Virus record (IMG/VR): IMGVR_UViG_3300033073_001149
Coordinates: 7,247-71,246 of that record
Source: a virus
Taxonomy: Duplodnaviria > Caudoviricetes
Length of the DNA stretch: 64,000 nucleotides
Strand: one strand, 5' to 3'
Part shown: positions 36,538 through 44,763 of the stretch, in pieces
How the letters are laid out: every line of letters starts with the position of its first letter
Position numbering within the stretch: position 1 is the first letter of the stretch
Notes under the pieces: generated by a model
What the model was told of the DNA's origin: nothing
Databases searched by the model: none
Seen by the model: the letters and a program-made list of their open reading frames with translations, nothing else
Program-made: the position numbers and the translations under genes

Positions 36538-36974
36538 AAAAGGAAATGAAAGCAAAACTATTAAGGTTTTTAGGCATCAATAAGCCTATACCATTAACTT
36601 ATCAAGAAGTTAGGTGGATAAAGCTAATTAAGGGTCATTACGATAAAGATTACCGATATAAAGGCAATGAATGGACTGACTTATTAAAGCCTATGTTTAA
36701 CGAGGTTTATGGTTGGACGGCAGAGGAATTTTACCAAGATTTTTTGGCTTGTATGTTCACTAAGCTAATGGATATACACTTAAAGATAAAGGACGACCAA
36801 AGCGGACATAACAGAGAGTTGTATTGCATATTTTCAGCCTCTTTTTCTAAATCTATAAGCAGAGAGCAGGAGTTGCCGATTGAAAGGGCTATCAGCGAGG
36901 TTTGTGCCTTAATACAAAACACAACAGTAATTAAAAACGGAGTTCACAGATTTTACTTAGATATTAAAGAATAA
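36534..36974 (+). CDS. Hypothetical protein (146 aa)
   Basis: Cassette gene. Confidence 0.6.
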   Translation: MKKEMKAKLLRFLGINKPIPLTYQEVRWIKLIKGHYDKDYRYKGNEWTDLLKPMFNEVYGWTAEEFYQDFLACMFTKLMDIHLKIKDDQSGHNRELYCIFSASFSKSISREQELPIERAISEVCALIQNTTVIKNGVHRFYLDIKE

Positions 36975-37201
36975 TGAAAAGCACCCGCACCCAAACAAAG
37001 ATTGAAACAAAAACTGCCTTTGGTGTAATTGTTACAACCGATATACCAAAACAGCAGACCACAGCGCACCATAACGGTAAACTTATTTACAAGAAAAACC
37101 TATGCGGGGGTTTAGACTTGGGTTCGGCTCACTTGGAAAATGTACTTGACTTTATGAGGTTATCGAAACACGCTGACTTACGCAAACCTTTAAACTTTTA
37201 A
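36974..37201 (+). CDS. Hypothetical protein (75 aa)
   Basis: TAATG-coupled. Confidence 0.5.
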   Translation: MKSTRTQTKIETKTAFGVIVTTDIPKQQTTAHHNGKLIYKKNLCGGLDLGSAHLENVLDFMRLSKHADLRKPLNF

Positions 37202-37205
37202 AACT

Positions 37206-37643
37206 ATGAAGCTATTAAATATACTTAAACTTATCTCTTTTTGTACATTATGCTACACCCGATATTTGGGTATTGTGTTGGCTACCTTGTTTACCTTATT
37301 GGTGTACAATCCCAATATCGACCAACCGTCTATTTTTAATATGTGGGCAATATTCTACTTTGGCACACGATTATTCGGTTGGGTTTGGGTGCAAATAGTA
37401 TGTAAGCCAATATCTCGCTTTGTATTGAGTGGTATTATTATAAAAAAAGATTACGATACACCAAGCGACCAAATGTTACACTCTCATTCCGTATGGCAAA
37501 CAGAGGGAAATATAATGACAACAAAAAGCGGTAGGCAAATTAAATCTGTTTACAGAGGGGCAAGTATGGGTGGAAATACTTATGACTTTGACCTTAAAGT
37601 ACAACGCAGACTTGCTTTTGACTATTTATACAAATCTATCTAA
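37206..37643 (+). CDS. Two-TM membrane protein (145 aa)
   Basis: Two N-terminal hydrophobic helices. Confidence 0.55.
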   Translation: MKLLNILKLISFCTLCYTRYLGIVLATLFTLLVYNPNIDQPSIFNMWAIFYFGTRLFGWVWVQIVCKPISRFVLSGIIIKKDYDTPSDQMLHSHSVWQTEGNIMTTKSGRQIKSVYRGASMGGNTYDFDLKVQRRLAFDYLYKSI

Positions 37644-37653
37644 CAAACTAACC

Positions 37654-37947
37654 ATGAAAATCAAATACAACGACTTAGAGCGTATATTTATAGCTGCCAA
37701 AGATTGCAGCAAAGGCGCAATGGAAGAACTAACCTGCGAACTTGACATCGTGCAAACAAACCGCTCTATTGTGGTTTATAAAGACGACGAGGTAATCTAC
37801 CAAAAGACAGACGGCAAGGTGGTAGTTCCTAATGGACTTAACCCGATTGTTAAACTCGGCAGCGCAGCCTGCGGCACACTACAACCTGCTAAAGACTATT
37901 CGGGGCGCATTATTCCTCACCGTTGGATAAACACAAAGAACGTATGA
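37654..37947 (+). CDS. Hypothetical protein (97 aa, start re-assigned to MKIKYN)
   Basis: A-rich leader before ATG 37654. Confidence 0.55.
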   Translation: MKIKYNDLERIFIAAKDCSKGAMEELTCELDIVQTNRSIVVYKDDEVIYQKTDGKVVVPNGLNPIVKLGSAACGTLQPAKDYSGRIIPHRWINTKNV

Positions 37948-38069
37948 ATATAGATTGGGAGCAAATAGAAAAGGACTACCGACAAGCTAATCTCAAAATG
38001 ATGACAGACCGAGGCTATGGTATGCTTGCCCACGAAACAGTCAAATGGTTTAAGGAAAGAATAAGTTAA
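37944..38069 (+). CDS. 41-aa protein, last gene of the cassette
   Basis: ATGA-coupled; MNIDWEQIEKDYRQANLK... Confidence 0.45.
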   Translation: MNIDWEQIEKDYRQANLKMMTDRGYGMLAHETVKWFKERIS

Positions 38070-38074
38070 ATAAC

Positions 38075-38109
38075 AAAGCCCTCTAATTAACTTTAGGGGG
38101 CTATTTCTT
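38075..38109 (+). terminator. Terminator ending the early cassette
   Basis: AGCCCTCTAA/TTAGGGGGCT stem followed by ATTTCTT. Confidence 0.7.
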
Positions 38110-38171
38110 AATTAGCAGATGTGTTTGTGGGAAATCCTACCATTCAGCGAATTTTCGCTACCAAACCTTGC

Positions 38172-38197
38172 TAAACTATATAGGCTTTAATAGTTTA
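38172..38197. repeat. 26-bp dyad site 3
   Basis: TAAACTAT-ATAGGCTTTA-ATAGTTTA. Confidence 0.7.
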
Positions 38198-38243
38198 TCT
38201 TTCTAAAGAAAATCCTAATTACCATAGGGCAAAATAAACATAA

Positions 38244-39101
38244 CTATCTTTCCTCGTCTGAAATACCCAAGTCAGATAGCAAAATATCCAATGCCTGATA
38301 CATAGTTGTTTCTTTGGTTATGTCTATTAGTGGTTTTGATAACGGTATCTTCCTCAATGCTTTAGGTTCTTTTACCTCGTCTATTAGTTCACCTATATCA
38401 AAGGTTGGAACAGGCACAATATTGTCTACTTTATCGGGTCTTATATACACAAAACTATCCTGATTTCCAGTGTTTGATAAAAGCCTGTTGAGTGTTACCG
38501 AGAACTTTTGGTTCGTTAAAACACACAATCTGATAACGTGCAAAATAGTTAATTGGGTAGGCCACCTAAAATGGCTTGCTAAAGAGTTGCTGTTTCTGAA
38601 TTTAAGATATACTAAAAGCGATTTACCCGAAATGCCCAAAGTTTGGGTGTAGTAAATAAGCGGTGGGTTTCTTTCTATGTTATGATACGCCATAGGTTTT
38701 CTTATACCATACCTTTTTCGGTACTTAGCGTCCTCTTTAAGCATGAATTTCTTTGGCGGCTGTATCTTATAGTACCAAGCGGGTGTTTTCTTATTGTAGA
38801 TAGAGAACAAGAGGGCTATCATAACATCTAATCTAACCCCAACTATCCCGCATAGCTTAATGCAATAGTCAATAGTTAGTTTCTCTGGGCGCAGTATCTT
38901 GTTGGTAAAAACCGACCTGTTACCCTTAATGCTTGCTAATTTTTGCAGCTTGTCGGCACTTATATTCCTATACTTTGCCGAATAGTAGTAAAGAGGAACA
39001 GCGTATATTCTTCTTCCCTTTTGCCTTTCGCTTATATCAGGCTGTGCTTTTGGTAGTAGTCCTTGTTCTTTAGTATCTTGTCTATCGTTGTCGGCTGCCA
39101 T
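38244..39101 (-). CDS. Protein with two tandem HTH-like repeats (up to 285 aa)
   Basis: Repeats NISADKLQKL...RPEKLTIDYCIKLC and GISGKSLLVY...WPTQLTILHVIRLC; start overlaps the recombinase by 70 nt and is uncertain. Confidence 0.55.
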   Translation of the reverse strand: MAADNDRQDTKEQGLLPKAQPDISERQKGRRIYAVPLYYYSAKYRNISADKLQKLASIKGNRSVFTNKILRPEKLTIDYCIKLCGIVGVRLDVMIALLFSIYNKKTPAWYYKIQPPKKFMLKEDAKYRKRYGIRKPMAYHNIERNPPLIYYTQTLGISGKSLLVYLKFRNSNSLASHFRWPTQLTILHVIRLCVLTNQKFSVTLNRLLSNTGNQDSFVYIRPDKVDNIVPVPTFDIGELIDEVKEPKALRKIPLSKPLIDITKETTMYQALDILLSDLGISDEER

Positions 39102-39748
39102 TCTTTTGCTTTTCTTGGTTTGTAATTCTCCTCATTCATTTCACGGGCTATCACCCTAACCCCTTTGTTCTCTGATTTTTTGATAAAGATAGCTTTTAGT
39201 GCCGCTATCTCCGCTTCGTTGGGTATCAACCTGTCCTTTCTTTTTTTAAACCCATAGGGTAAATTCCCATAAACCAACCCCTGCTGTTTTTTGTAGTCAA
39301 GGGCAAACCTAATAGTCTTGGCCCCATCTTTGCGTTCCTTTTGGGCTATCATTGCGTGAATGGTGCTGCTCATTTCGTTTTCCTCATCTGTAATATCCAT
39401 ACCCTCGGCAATAGAGTATATCTTAATACCGTTTTTTCGGGCTAATTCAGCTATGGTTAACAAATCTATGGTGTTCCTTGATAGCCTACGTATATTGTAA
39501 ACAAGAACGTATTTTAGTTCGCCTCGTTTCTTGTTTTCCTTGATAAGTTCCAACACCTTTTGCAGCGATGGTCGTTTTGATATTGTACCGCCCGATATAC
39601 CCTCGTCTTTAAACACCGATATATCCTCTCTACTGTACGATAACACTTCAACCGCATATTTGTATAGTATTTCATCTTGGGCTGCAAGAGAAACGCCCTC
39701 TTTAGCTTGCTTGGTGGTAGATACCCTACCGTATAGTATTGCTTTCAT
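39032..39748 (-). CDS. Serine recombinase: catalytic domain plus recombinase domain, no zinc-ribbon/coiled-coil tail (238 aa)
   Basis: YGRVST (catalytic Ser), DEGISG...RP.L, VYNIRRLSRN, GNLPYGF, W..TTI..IL.N. Confidence 0.88.
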   Translation of the reverse strand: MKAILYGRVSTTKQAKEGVSLAAQDEILYKYAVEVLSYSREDISVFKDEGISGGTISKRPSLQKVLELIKENKKRGELKYVLVYNIRRLSRNTIDLLTIAELARKNGIKIYSIAEGMDITDEENEMSSTIHAMIAQKERKDGAKTIRFALDYKKQQGLVYGNLPYGFKKRKDRLIPNEAEIAALKAIFIKKSENKGVRVIAREMNEENYKPRKAKEWQPTTIDKILKNKDYYQKHSLI

Positions 39749-40233
39749 ATTTTCTTGCTTAATATTTGAGTTCCGAATAGTTCGGTTAGGTTGCGTTCTT
39801 TGATGAGGTAATCTCGGTTGCTACGCTTGGAGTGAAACCACTCATGGCACTCACGGCAGACGATTATTAGGTTGTTTACATGATGCAGGTTCTTGTGCTT
39901 TGGAAATTCGGATTGTAGGCATATATGATGGCAGTCAAGTTTCATATCTGACCTCTTGCACCTTTGGCAATAGGCGTACCCTTCGTTTTCAATCATTGAA
40001 TTGATAATAATATTCGCCTTTGCTGTATATGGTCGCTTAGATTTGTATGTCTTTAGTTTTTTTATTGGCTTGTTGGTCTTACCTCTTTCTGCATCGTACT
40101 TCTTTCCACAATCATAGCTGCAAATGCCTCTGTAAGAACGGAACAACTCAAACTCTTTACCGCATTGCTTACACTTGCCTTTGGTTCGGTCAATTTCTTG
40201 CTTTTCGGGTTTAGGTTGCGGGTTAAAACTCAT
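39745..40233 (-). CDS. HNH endonuclease with N-terminal zinc finger (162 aa)
   Basis: CKQC...CSYDC; CQRC...DCHHI...NNLIIVCRECH. Confidence 0.8.
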   Translation of the reverse strand: MSFNPQPKPEKQEIDRTKGKCKQCGKEFELFRSYRGICSYDCGKKYDAERGKTNKPIKKLKTYKSKRPYTAKANIIINSMIENEGYAYCQRCKRSDMKLDCHHICLQSEFPKHKNLHHVNNLIIVCRECHEWFHSKRSNRDYLIKERNLTELFGTQILSKKI

Positions 40234-40235
40234 TT

Positions 40236-40343
40236 TTATTCGTATTGGTATCGTTTATTGTTTAAAATATCGCTTATTGTGCTTTTTGATACACCAAATT
40301 TCTCTGCTATTAGGTATTGCTTAACTCCGATTGCTTTTAGTTT
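40236..40343 (-). pseudogene. Start-less HTH fragment (35 codons)
   Basis: KLKAIGVKQYLIAEKFGVSKSTISDILNNKRYQYE* lies in frame directly after the TAA (40344-46) of the upstream gene. Confidence 0.5.
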
Positions 40344-40574
40344 TTAATTCCATTTAAAAGGGTTTCCATCGGTTTCTTTTGCCATTCCAACTACTCCAAA
40401 CATTATTAGCGCAACTATCAACGCAAGAACGGCAAATAAATAACTTAGTGGATTAAATGGATTAAGCCTATATGCCTTATAGTAACCCTTACCTCGTTTT
40501 TTACAGTTTTCAATCTTACATTTCTCGTTATCGTGAACTTGAATAACAAGTAGTTTAATCATTAGTTTTTTCAT
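40344..40574 (-). CDS. Membrane protein (start likely MKKLMIK)
   Basis: RLNPFNPLSY followed by a TM helix. Confidence 0.5.
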   Translation of the reverse strand: MKKLMIKLLVIQVHDNEKCKIENCKKRGKGYYKAYRLNPFNPLSYLFAVLALIVALIMFGVVGMAKETDGNPFKWN

Positions 40575-40839
40575 TTTGTCCGTATTTGTTGGTGTAGTAT
40601 TCGGTTGCATCTTCATCGCTGCATGGGTATAAATCAGCTTTATAAGCCTCCTCAATTTGCTCTCGCTCTTTGGGGAGTTTGGATTTTAATACTGTTAGAC
40701 AGCTATCTATTGCTGATATAGATGATAACCATTCTTCTTTATCTTCATTAGTAGTAGCCGCTTTGTATTCAAAACTTGCCTTTTCTCTAAATACTTTTAT
40801 TTCTACAATTGCTTCCTGTAAAACTGTTAGCTGTTCCAT
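40555..40839 (-). CDS. Hypothetical protein (94 aa)
   Basis: EREQIEEAY...EYYTNKY pattern. Confidence 0.55.
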   Translation of the reverse strand: MEQLTVLQEAIVEIKVFREKASFEYKAATTNEDKEEWLSSISAIDSCLTVLKSKLPKEREQIEEAYKADLYPCSDEDATEYYTNKYGQNEKTND

Positions 40840-40840
40840 A

Positions 40841-40984
40841 TTACTTTATCTTATTAAACATACAGCAATCTTCACCGTATTTATCGCAACATTCATTAGC
40901 CTTAGAGATTGGCTTATTGCATATAGCAGTAGGCTCATTAGGCTTATTTTTAAATAGCGATAATATCCATTTAAATAATTCCAT
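40841..40984 (-). CDS. 47-aa Cys-rich protein
   Basis: MELFKWILSLFKNKPNEPTAICNKPISKANECCDKYGEDCCMFNKIK. Confidence 0.45.
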   Translation of the reverse strand: MELFKWILSLFKNKPNEPTAICNKPISKANECCDKYGEDCCMFNKIK

Positions 40985-40985
40985 A

Positions 40986-41147
40986 TTACTTTGAGTTTAA
41001 ATTATCAATTTCAATTATTACTTGTTCCCAAAAATATGTGTTATGATATTGGTCTAATAGTTTTAATTCCCCTGCTACTTCTTTTGCGTAGCTACCAAAC
41101 TTATCTATTAACCGTTTAGCTTCTTTTATTTCAACTTCGTTTTCCAT
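40986..41147 (-). CDS. 53-aa protein flanked by 17-bp direct repeats
   Basis: MENEVEIKEAKRLIDKFG...; ATATTACTTTGAGTTTA at 40983 and 41152. Confidence 0.5.
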   Translation of the reverse strand: MENEVEIKEAKRLIDKFGSYAKEVAGELKLLDQYHNTYFWEQVIIEIDNLNSK

Positions 41148-41249
41148 TGATATATTACTTTGAGTTTATTAGGTGGGTTATTTCTCGTTTAAAAGGTTGC
41201 GTATTTTATCAGCTTTCTTGCTAAAAATTATTACTACTTAGGTGTTTCT

Positions 41250-42143
41250 TTATGGCCTAGGCTTGTACTCCCAAATATACGGATTTGGTTTTTTTACCCT
41301 ACCTTGAGCATATCTAGAAATGTGTGAACGGCTAACACCTGTTGTGGCGGATGCTTCTGTTACTGTGTTATATTCGGCTATAATATTTCTATCTGCATCA
41401 TATTGAACAATGGGAGAATATCTTTGTAAACCTAAATTATTAAAACGATGCTCGTATGCCCATTTAAAGCCTCCCAATGTCTTTCTTTTCCCTTTTAGGC
41501 AGGTATTTAAAGTCCCCTGACTAACGCCTGCTTTTTTTGCCGCAATATTCTGATTGGCGTGTACTTCAACAATGCTACCACCTAACGTTAGCTGCACAAC
41601 GCTCCACCCCTTAGTTTTTCTTTTATATGGTGGAACATTTTGTTTCTCCACGCAATCAGATATTCTATACCACAAATAACCTTTGTAATACCTACTTCTG
41701 CGCTCCCTAGAAGCCTGCGCTATATTATTTGTAGAGCTTACCGAGCCATCAAATATTATGCAAGAGGCATCGGCACAGGACGAATATGTAGCTATGTACT
41801 CTCCATTAACCGAATATTGCACAACAACACAATCCCTATTGCTTTTCTCTAAATATGGTAGGCTGTATCCTCCACTCAAGTTTAGAGAATATTCTTGTAA
41901 TTTGCTTATTTGTATCTGTTCTTCGACTATTGCCTCCTGTTTTGTGAGATGTGTTTTCAGTATCTCTATTTTAAACTGTTGAAAGTTATACTTTAACAAC
42001 TCTGCATATAAGAGCCTTTGCTGTTTGCAGTTTTTATGATAATAGTGATTAAATCTCTTTACAATGTTTCTAGTTAATCCGACATATGAATAACCGCTAG
42101 GAGATGTCAATTTATATATCCAATAGCACTCGTTACTTGGCAT
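41250..42143 (-). CDS. GIY-YIG homing endonuclease with three NUMOD1-type repeats (297 aa)
   Basis: WIYKL...YVGLT...RF..Y, then three V/I-x-Q-Y/L...A...G...W.Y repeats. Confidence 0.85.
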   Translation of the reverse strand: MPSNECYWIYKLTSPSGYSYVGLTRNIVKRFNHYYHKNCKQQRLLYAELLKYNFQQFKIEILKTHLTKQEAIVEEQIQISKLQEYSLNLSGGYSLPYLEKSNRDCVVVQYSVNGEYIATYSSCADASCIIFDGSVSSTNNIAQASRERRSRYYKGYLWYRISDCVEKQNVPPYKRKTKGWSVVQLTLGGSIVEVHANQNIAAKKAGVSQGTLNTCLKGKRKTLGGFKWAYEHRFNNLGLQRYSPIVQYDADRNIIAEYNTVTEASATTGVSRSHISRYAQGRVKKPNPYIWEYKPRP

Positions 42144-42179
42144 AGAATTGAAATTATATTATATTGTAAAGATAACAAA

Positions 42180-42812
42180 TTATTTCACATTGTAAACACA
42201 CGATATGCTTTTATTTTCTGTATTAAATTGTATATCTATGTTATTGTCATTATTTTGTATCTTTTTTATAAGAATTGCCTTTAGGTGGTTAGATATTTCT
42301 TCGGGGGTGGGTTTACACAATATATTAGTATGCCACCATTCAAAACGCCCATCTTGAAAATCAACGTAAACCTTATTTTTATGGTCTGAAAATTCTTTAA
42401 CCAATCCTAACAAGGTTTTATTTGGGTTATTCCAAACCCAACTTCCAACTTCGGGTTTCCACTCTACCTCCTTTTGTTGGGCTAAATAACTTTTTTCATT
42501 TGATGGAATAGTAAAAGGATATACATCGGATAGCTTTTTCTCTTCAAATTTATAAATTACATCTTTTTTATAATTAATATAATGTTTTATAGCTTTCCTG
42601 TAAATATACTTCACATCCTCTTTAGGCTCTACAATAGGCTCAGAAGTGCCCCAAAATACAGAGTATATGCATTTTTTTTCGCAGTTTTTACCTCCGCAGT
42701 TTTTAGCACATTGGTTTGGTTTCCAACTATTATGCGGCATTAATTCTAATCGTTTTAGCCTAATATCCATTTGTTCTATTAAAGATAAATCTTCTTTTGT
42801 TAAGTTAGTCAT
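42180..42812 (-). CDS. Hypothetical protein (210 aa)
   Basis: ORF in the minus-strand run. Confidence 0.55.
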   Translation of the reverse strand: MTNLTKEDLSLIEQMDIRLKRLELMPHNSWKPNQCAKNCGGKNCEKKCIYSVFWGTSEPIVEPKEDVKYIYRKAIKHYINYKKDVIYKFEEKKLSDVYPFTIPSNEKSYLAQQKEVEWKPEVGSWVWNNPNKTLLGLVKEFSDHKNKVYVDFQDGRFEWWHTNILCKPTPEEISNHLKAILIKKIQNNDNNIDIQFNTENKSISCVYNVK

Positions 42813-43107
42813 TTGATACGGGGGTTAGGGTTTGTATTTCGGTTAAAAGGTTTTCAAAGTAATGGGCTTCTATTAAATAGCTACCTGCTAAATCTTTTTC
42901 TGTTTCAGATTTTACATAAGCCAATTCTATTTTCTTTTTTAACAAAGCCTCTACTGCATTGGCGTAGGATTGTGCGCCAGCATCGTAATCAACTGTGGCT
43001 GCGCTTATGGCATTATTATATAAATCATCTCTTTCAAACTCATTTTTATCGGTAGTTTCTTGTGCGTACTTTTTAGCCTCAATCCACCATTCTTCTGCTG
43101 TTTTCAT
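42805..43107 (-). CDS. Hypothetical protein (100 aa)
   Basis: Coupled ORF. Confidence 0.5.
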   Translation of the reverse strand: MKTAEEWWIEAKKYAQETTDKNEFERDDLYNNAISAATVDYDAGAQSYANAVEALLKKKIELAYVKSETEKDLAGSYLIEAHYFENLLTEIQTLTPVSND

Positions 43108-43430
43108 TATGCTTTGTGTTTGGTTAAAAGTTCGTTAATAGATTTATATATATCGTTGTTAGCATCGTTAAGTTTGCCTATAAATGCTTTATCCTTAATT
43201 TGAACAAGCAACTCTTTCATATCCTCGTTCTGCTGCTTTAGGGTATGGTAGCTTTCACGAATACCCATTAGATATTGATAGTTATCTTCCCAAATTACTC
43301 TGCAATCAACCTTTGGGTATTGCGGGTTTATTGCGCCTAACATAATTTTGTCGCTACCTGCTTTTATTAATTGCGGCTCAACAAATCGAAAATTATCTTC
43401 GGTACGCTTTTGTTCGTTATTACTTTCCAT
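43107..43430 (-). CDS. Hypothetical protein (107 aa)
   Basis: Coupled ORF. Confidence 0.5.
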   Translation of the reverse strand: MESNNEQKRTEDNFRFVEPQLIKAGSDKIMLGAINPQYPKVDCRVIWEDNYQYLMGIRESYHTLKQQNEDMKELLVQIKDKAFIGKLNDANNDIYKSINELLTKHKA

Positions 43431-43472
43431 TTTTTGTTTTTTAAGGATTTTAGAATAAATTTTGTTCGTCTT

Positions 43473-44642
43473 TCATATCGGCACGTTAATTTCAACTTCT
43501 TGCTTCATAGCCCCGCCTATTGGCGGCAACTCCACAAGCTCTTTGGTAATGCCTTTACCTGATAATGCTATATTTTTAATGTTAATGGCTGCGTTTAAAT
43601 CCCTATCGTGGACTTCTCCGCATTCACAAACCCATTTCCTGTGTTGTAATTTGAGGTCTTTATTAATCAACCCACAAACATTACAGGTTTTTGAACTCGG
43701 CTCAAATCTACCAATACGTATGATGTTCTTACCATACCAATTAGACTTGTATTCCAACTGTTGAGTAAACTCGCCCCAACTTGCATCGGATACACTTTGG
43801 GCTAACGAATGGTTTTTTAAAATTCCTTTTATGTTTAGGCTTTCCAAACAAATCGTATCGTGGTTATTGATTAAATTTGTTGAAAGTTTATGTAGAAAAT
43901 CTTTGCGTTGGTTAGTAATTTTTTCGTGTAGCAACGCAACCTTTTGACGTGCTTTGTTACGATTTGCGCTGCCTTTTTGTTTTCTTGATAGTCTACGTTG
44001 TAAAACAGCCAATCGTTTAGTAGAGGCTATCAGGTGCTTCGGGTTGGCTATTTCTTGCCCGTCCGATAAAACAGCAAAAGTTTTGATACCCAAATCAACA
44101 CCAACTACTGTATCTTGCAATATTGGTTTTTTATCAGGTATTGCTATTCCTGTTTCGCAAAGAATAGATATAAAATACTTGCCAGTTACGGTTTTGGAAA
44201 CGGTAGCTTGGCGTATTTCTCCAACAATGGGTTTACTTTCAATAAGCCTAATGCCTACCTTAAATTTAGGTATCGTTACCTTGCCGTTTTTTATTCTTAC
44301 AAAACTTCCGTTTGGGCAATTAAAAGAAGCCCGTTGGTTTTTCTTTTTATATTTAGGATAGCCTTTGCCTTTGTATAAATTCTTAAAAGCCTTATCCATA
44401 TTACAAACAGCACCCTGAAGTGCCCCTATGCCTATTTCATTTAACCAACCACAGTCTTTTTTTAATTGTGTTACTTGCCTTTGTAAGTCATAGGCTGTTA
44501 CAGACTTCCCATACTCTTTATATAGCCTTATTTTTGTTTCAAGCGCAAGATTATATACAAAACGACAAGTGTTAAAGTGTTTTTCTAGCAGTTCAACCTG
44601 TGGCTTTGTGGGGTACAATCTATATTTATATGCTCTTAACAT
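43473..44642 (-). mobile_element. tnpB: TnpB RNA-guided endonuclease (IS200/IS605-derived), no tnpA nearby (389 aa)
   Basis: MLRAYKYRLYPT N-terminus; RuvC D (GVDLG), E (CLESL), D (HDRDLNAAINI); zinc finger CNVC...CECG; omegaRNA-like GTGGAG...GAAGCAAGAAG overlapping the 3' end. Confidence 0.9.
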
Positions 44643-44763
44643 TACTTAAAAATACGGTTTTTATTTTACTTAAACAACTGATTTGTAGTGTATTTACAAC
44701 AAATATTTCATAGTTAGTTGTTATTTGGTTAATTGTTTTCAATTGCAATTTTCTACCCTATGA

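Noticed and set aside
39032-44642. Serine recombinase plus TnpB as an IS607 element
   Set aside because: They are 3.7 kb apart with unrelated genes between, and the recombinase lacks the N-terminal MerR-like HTH of IS607 TnpA.
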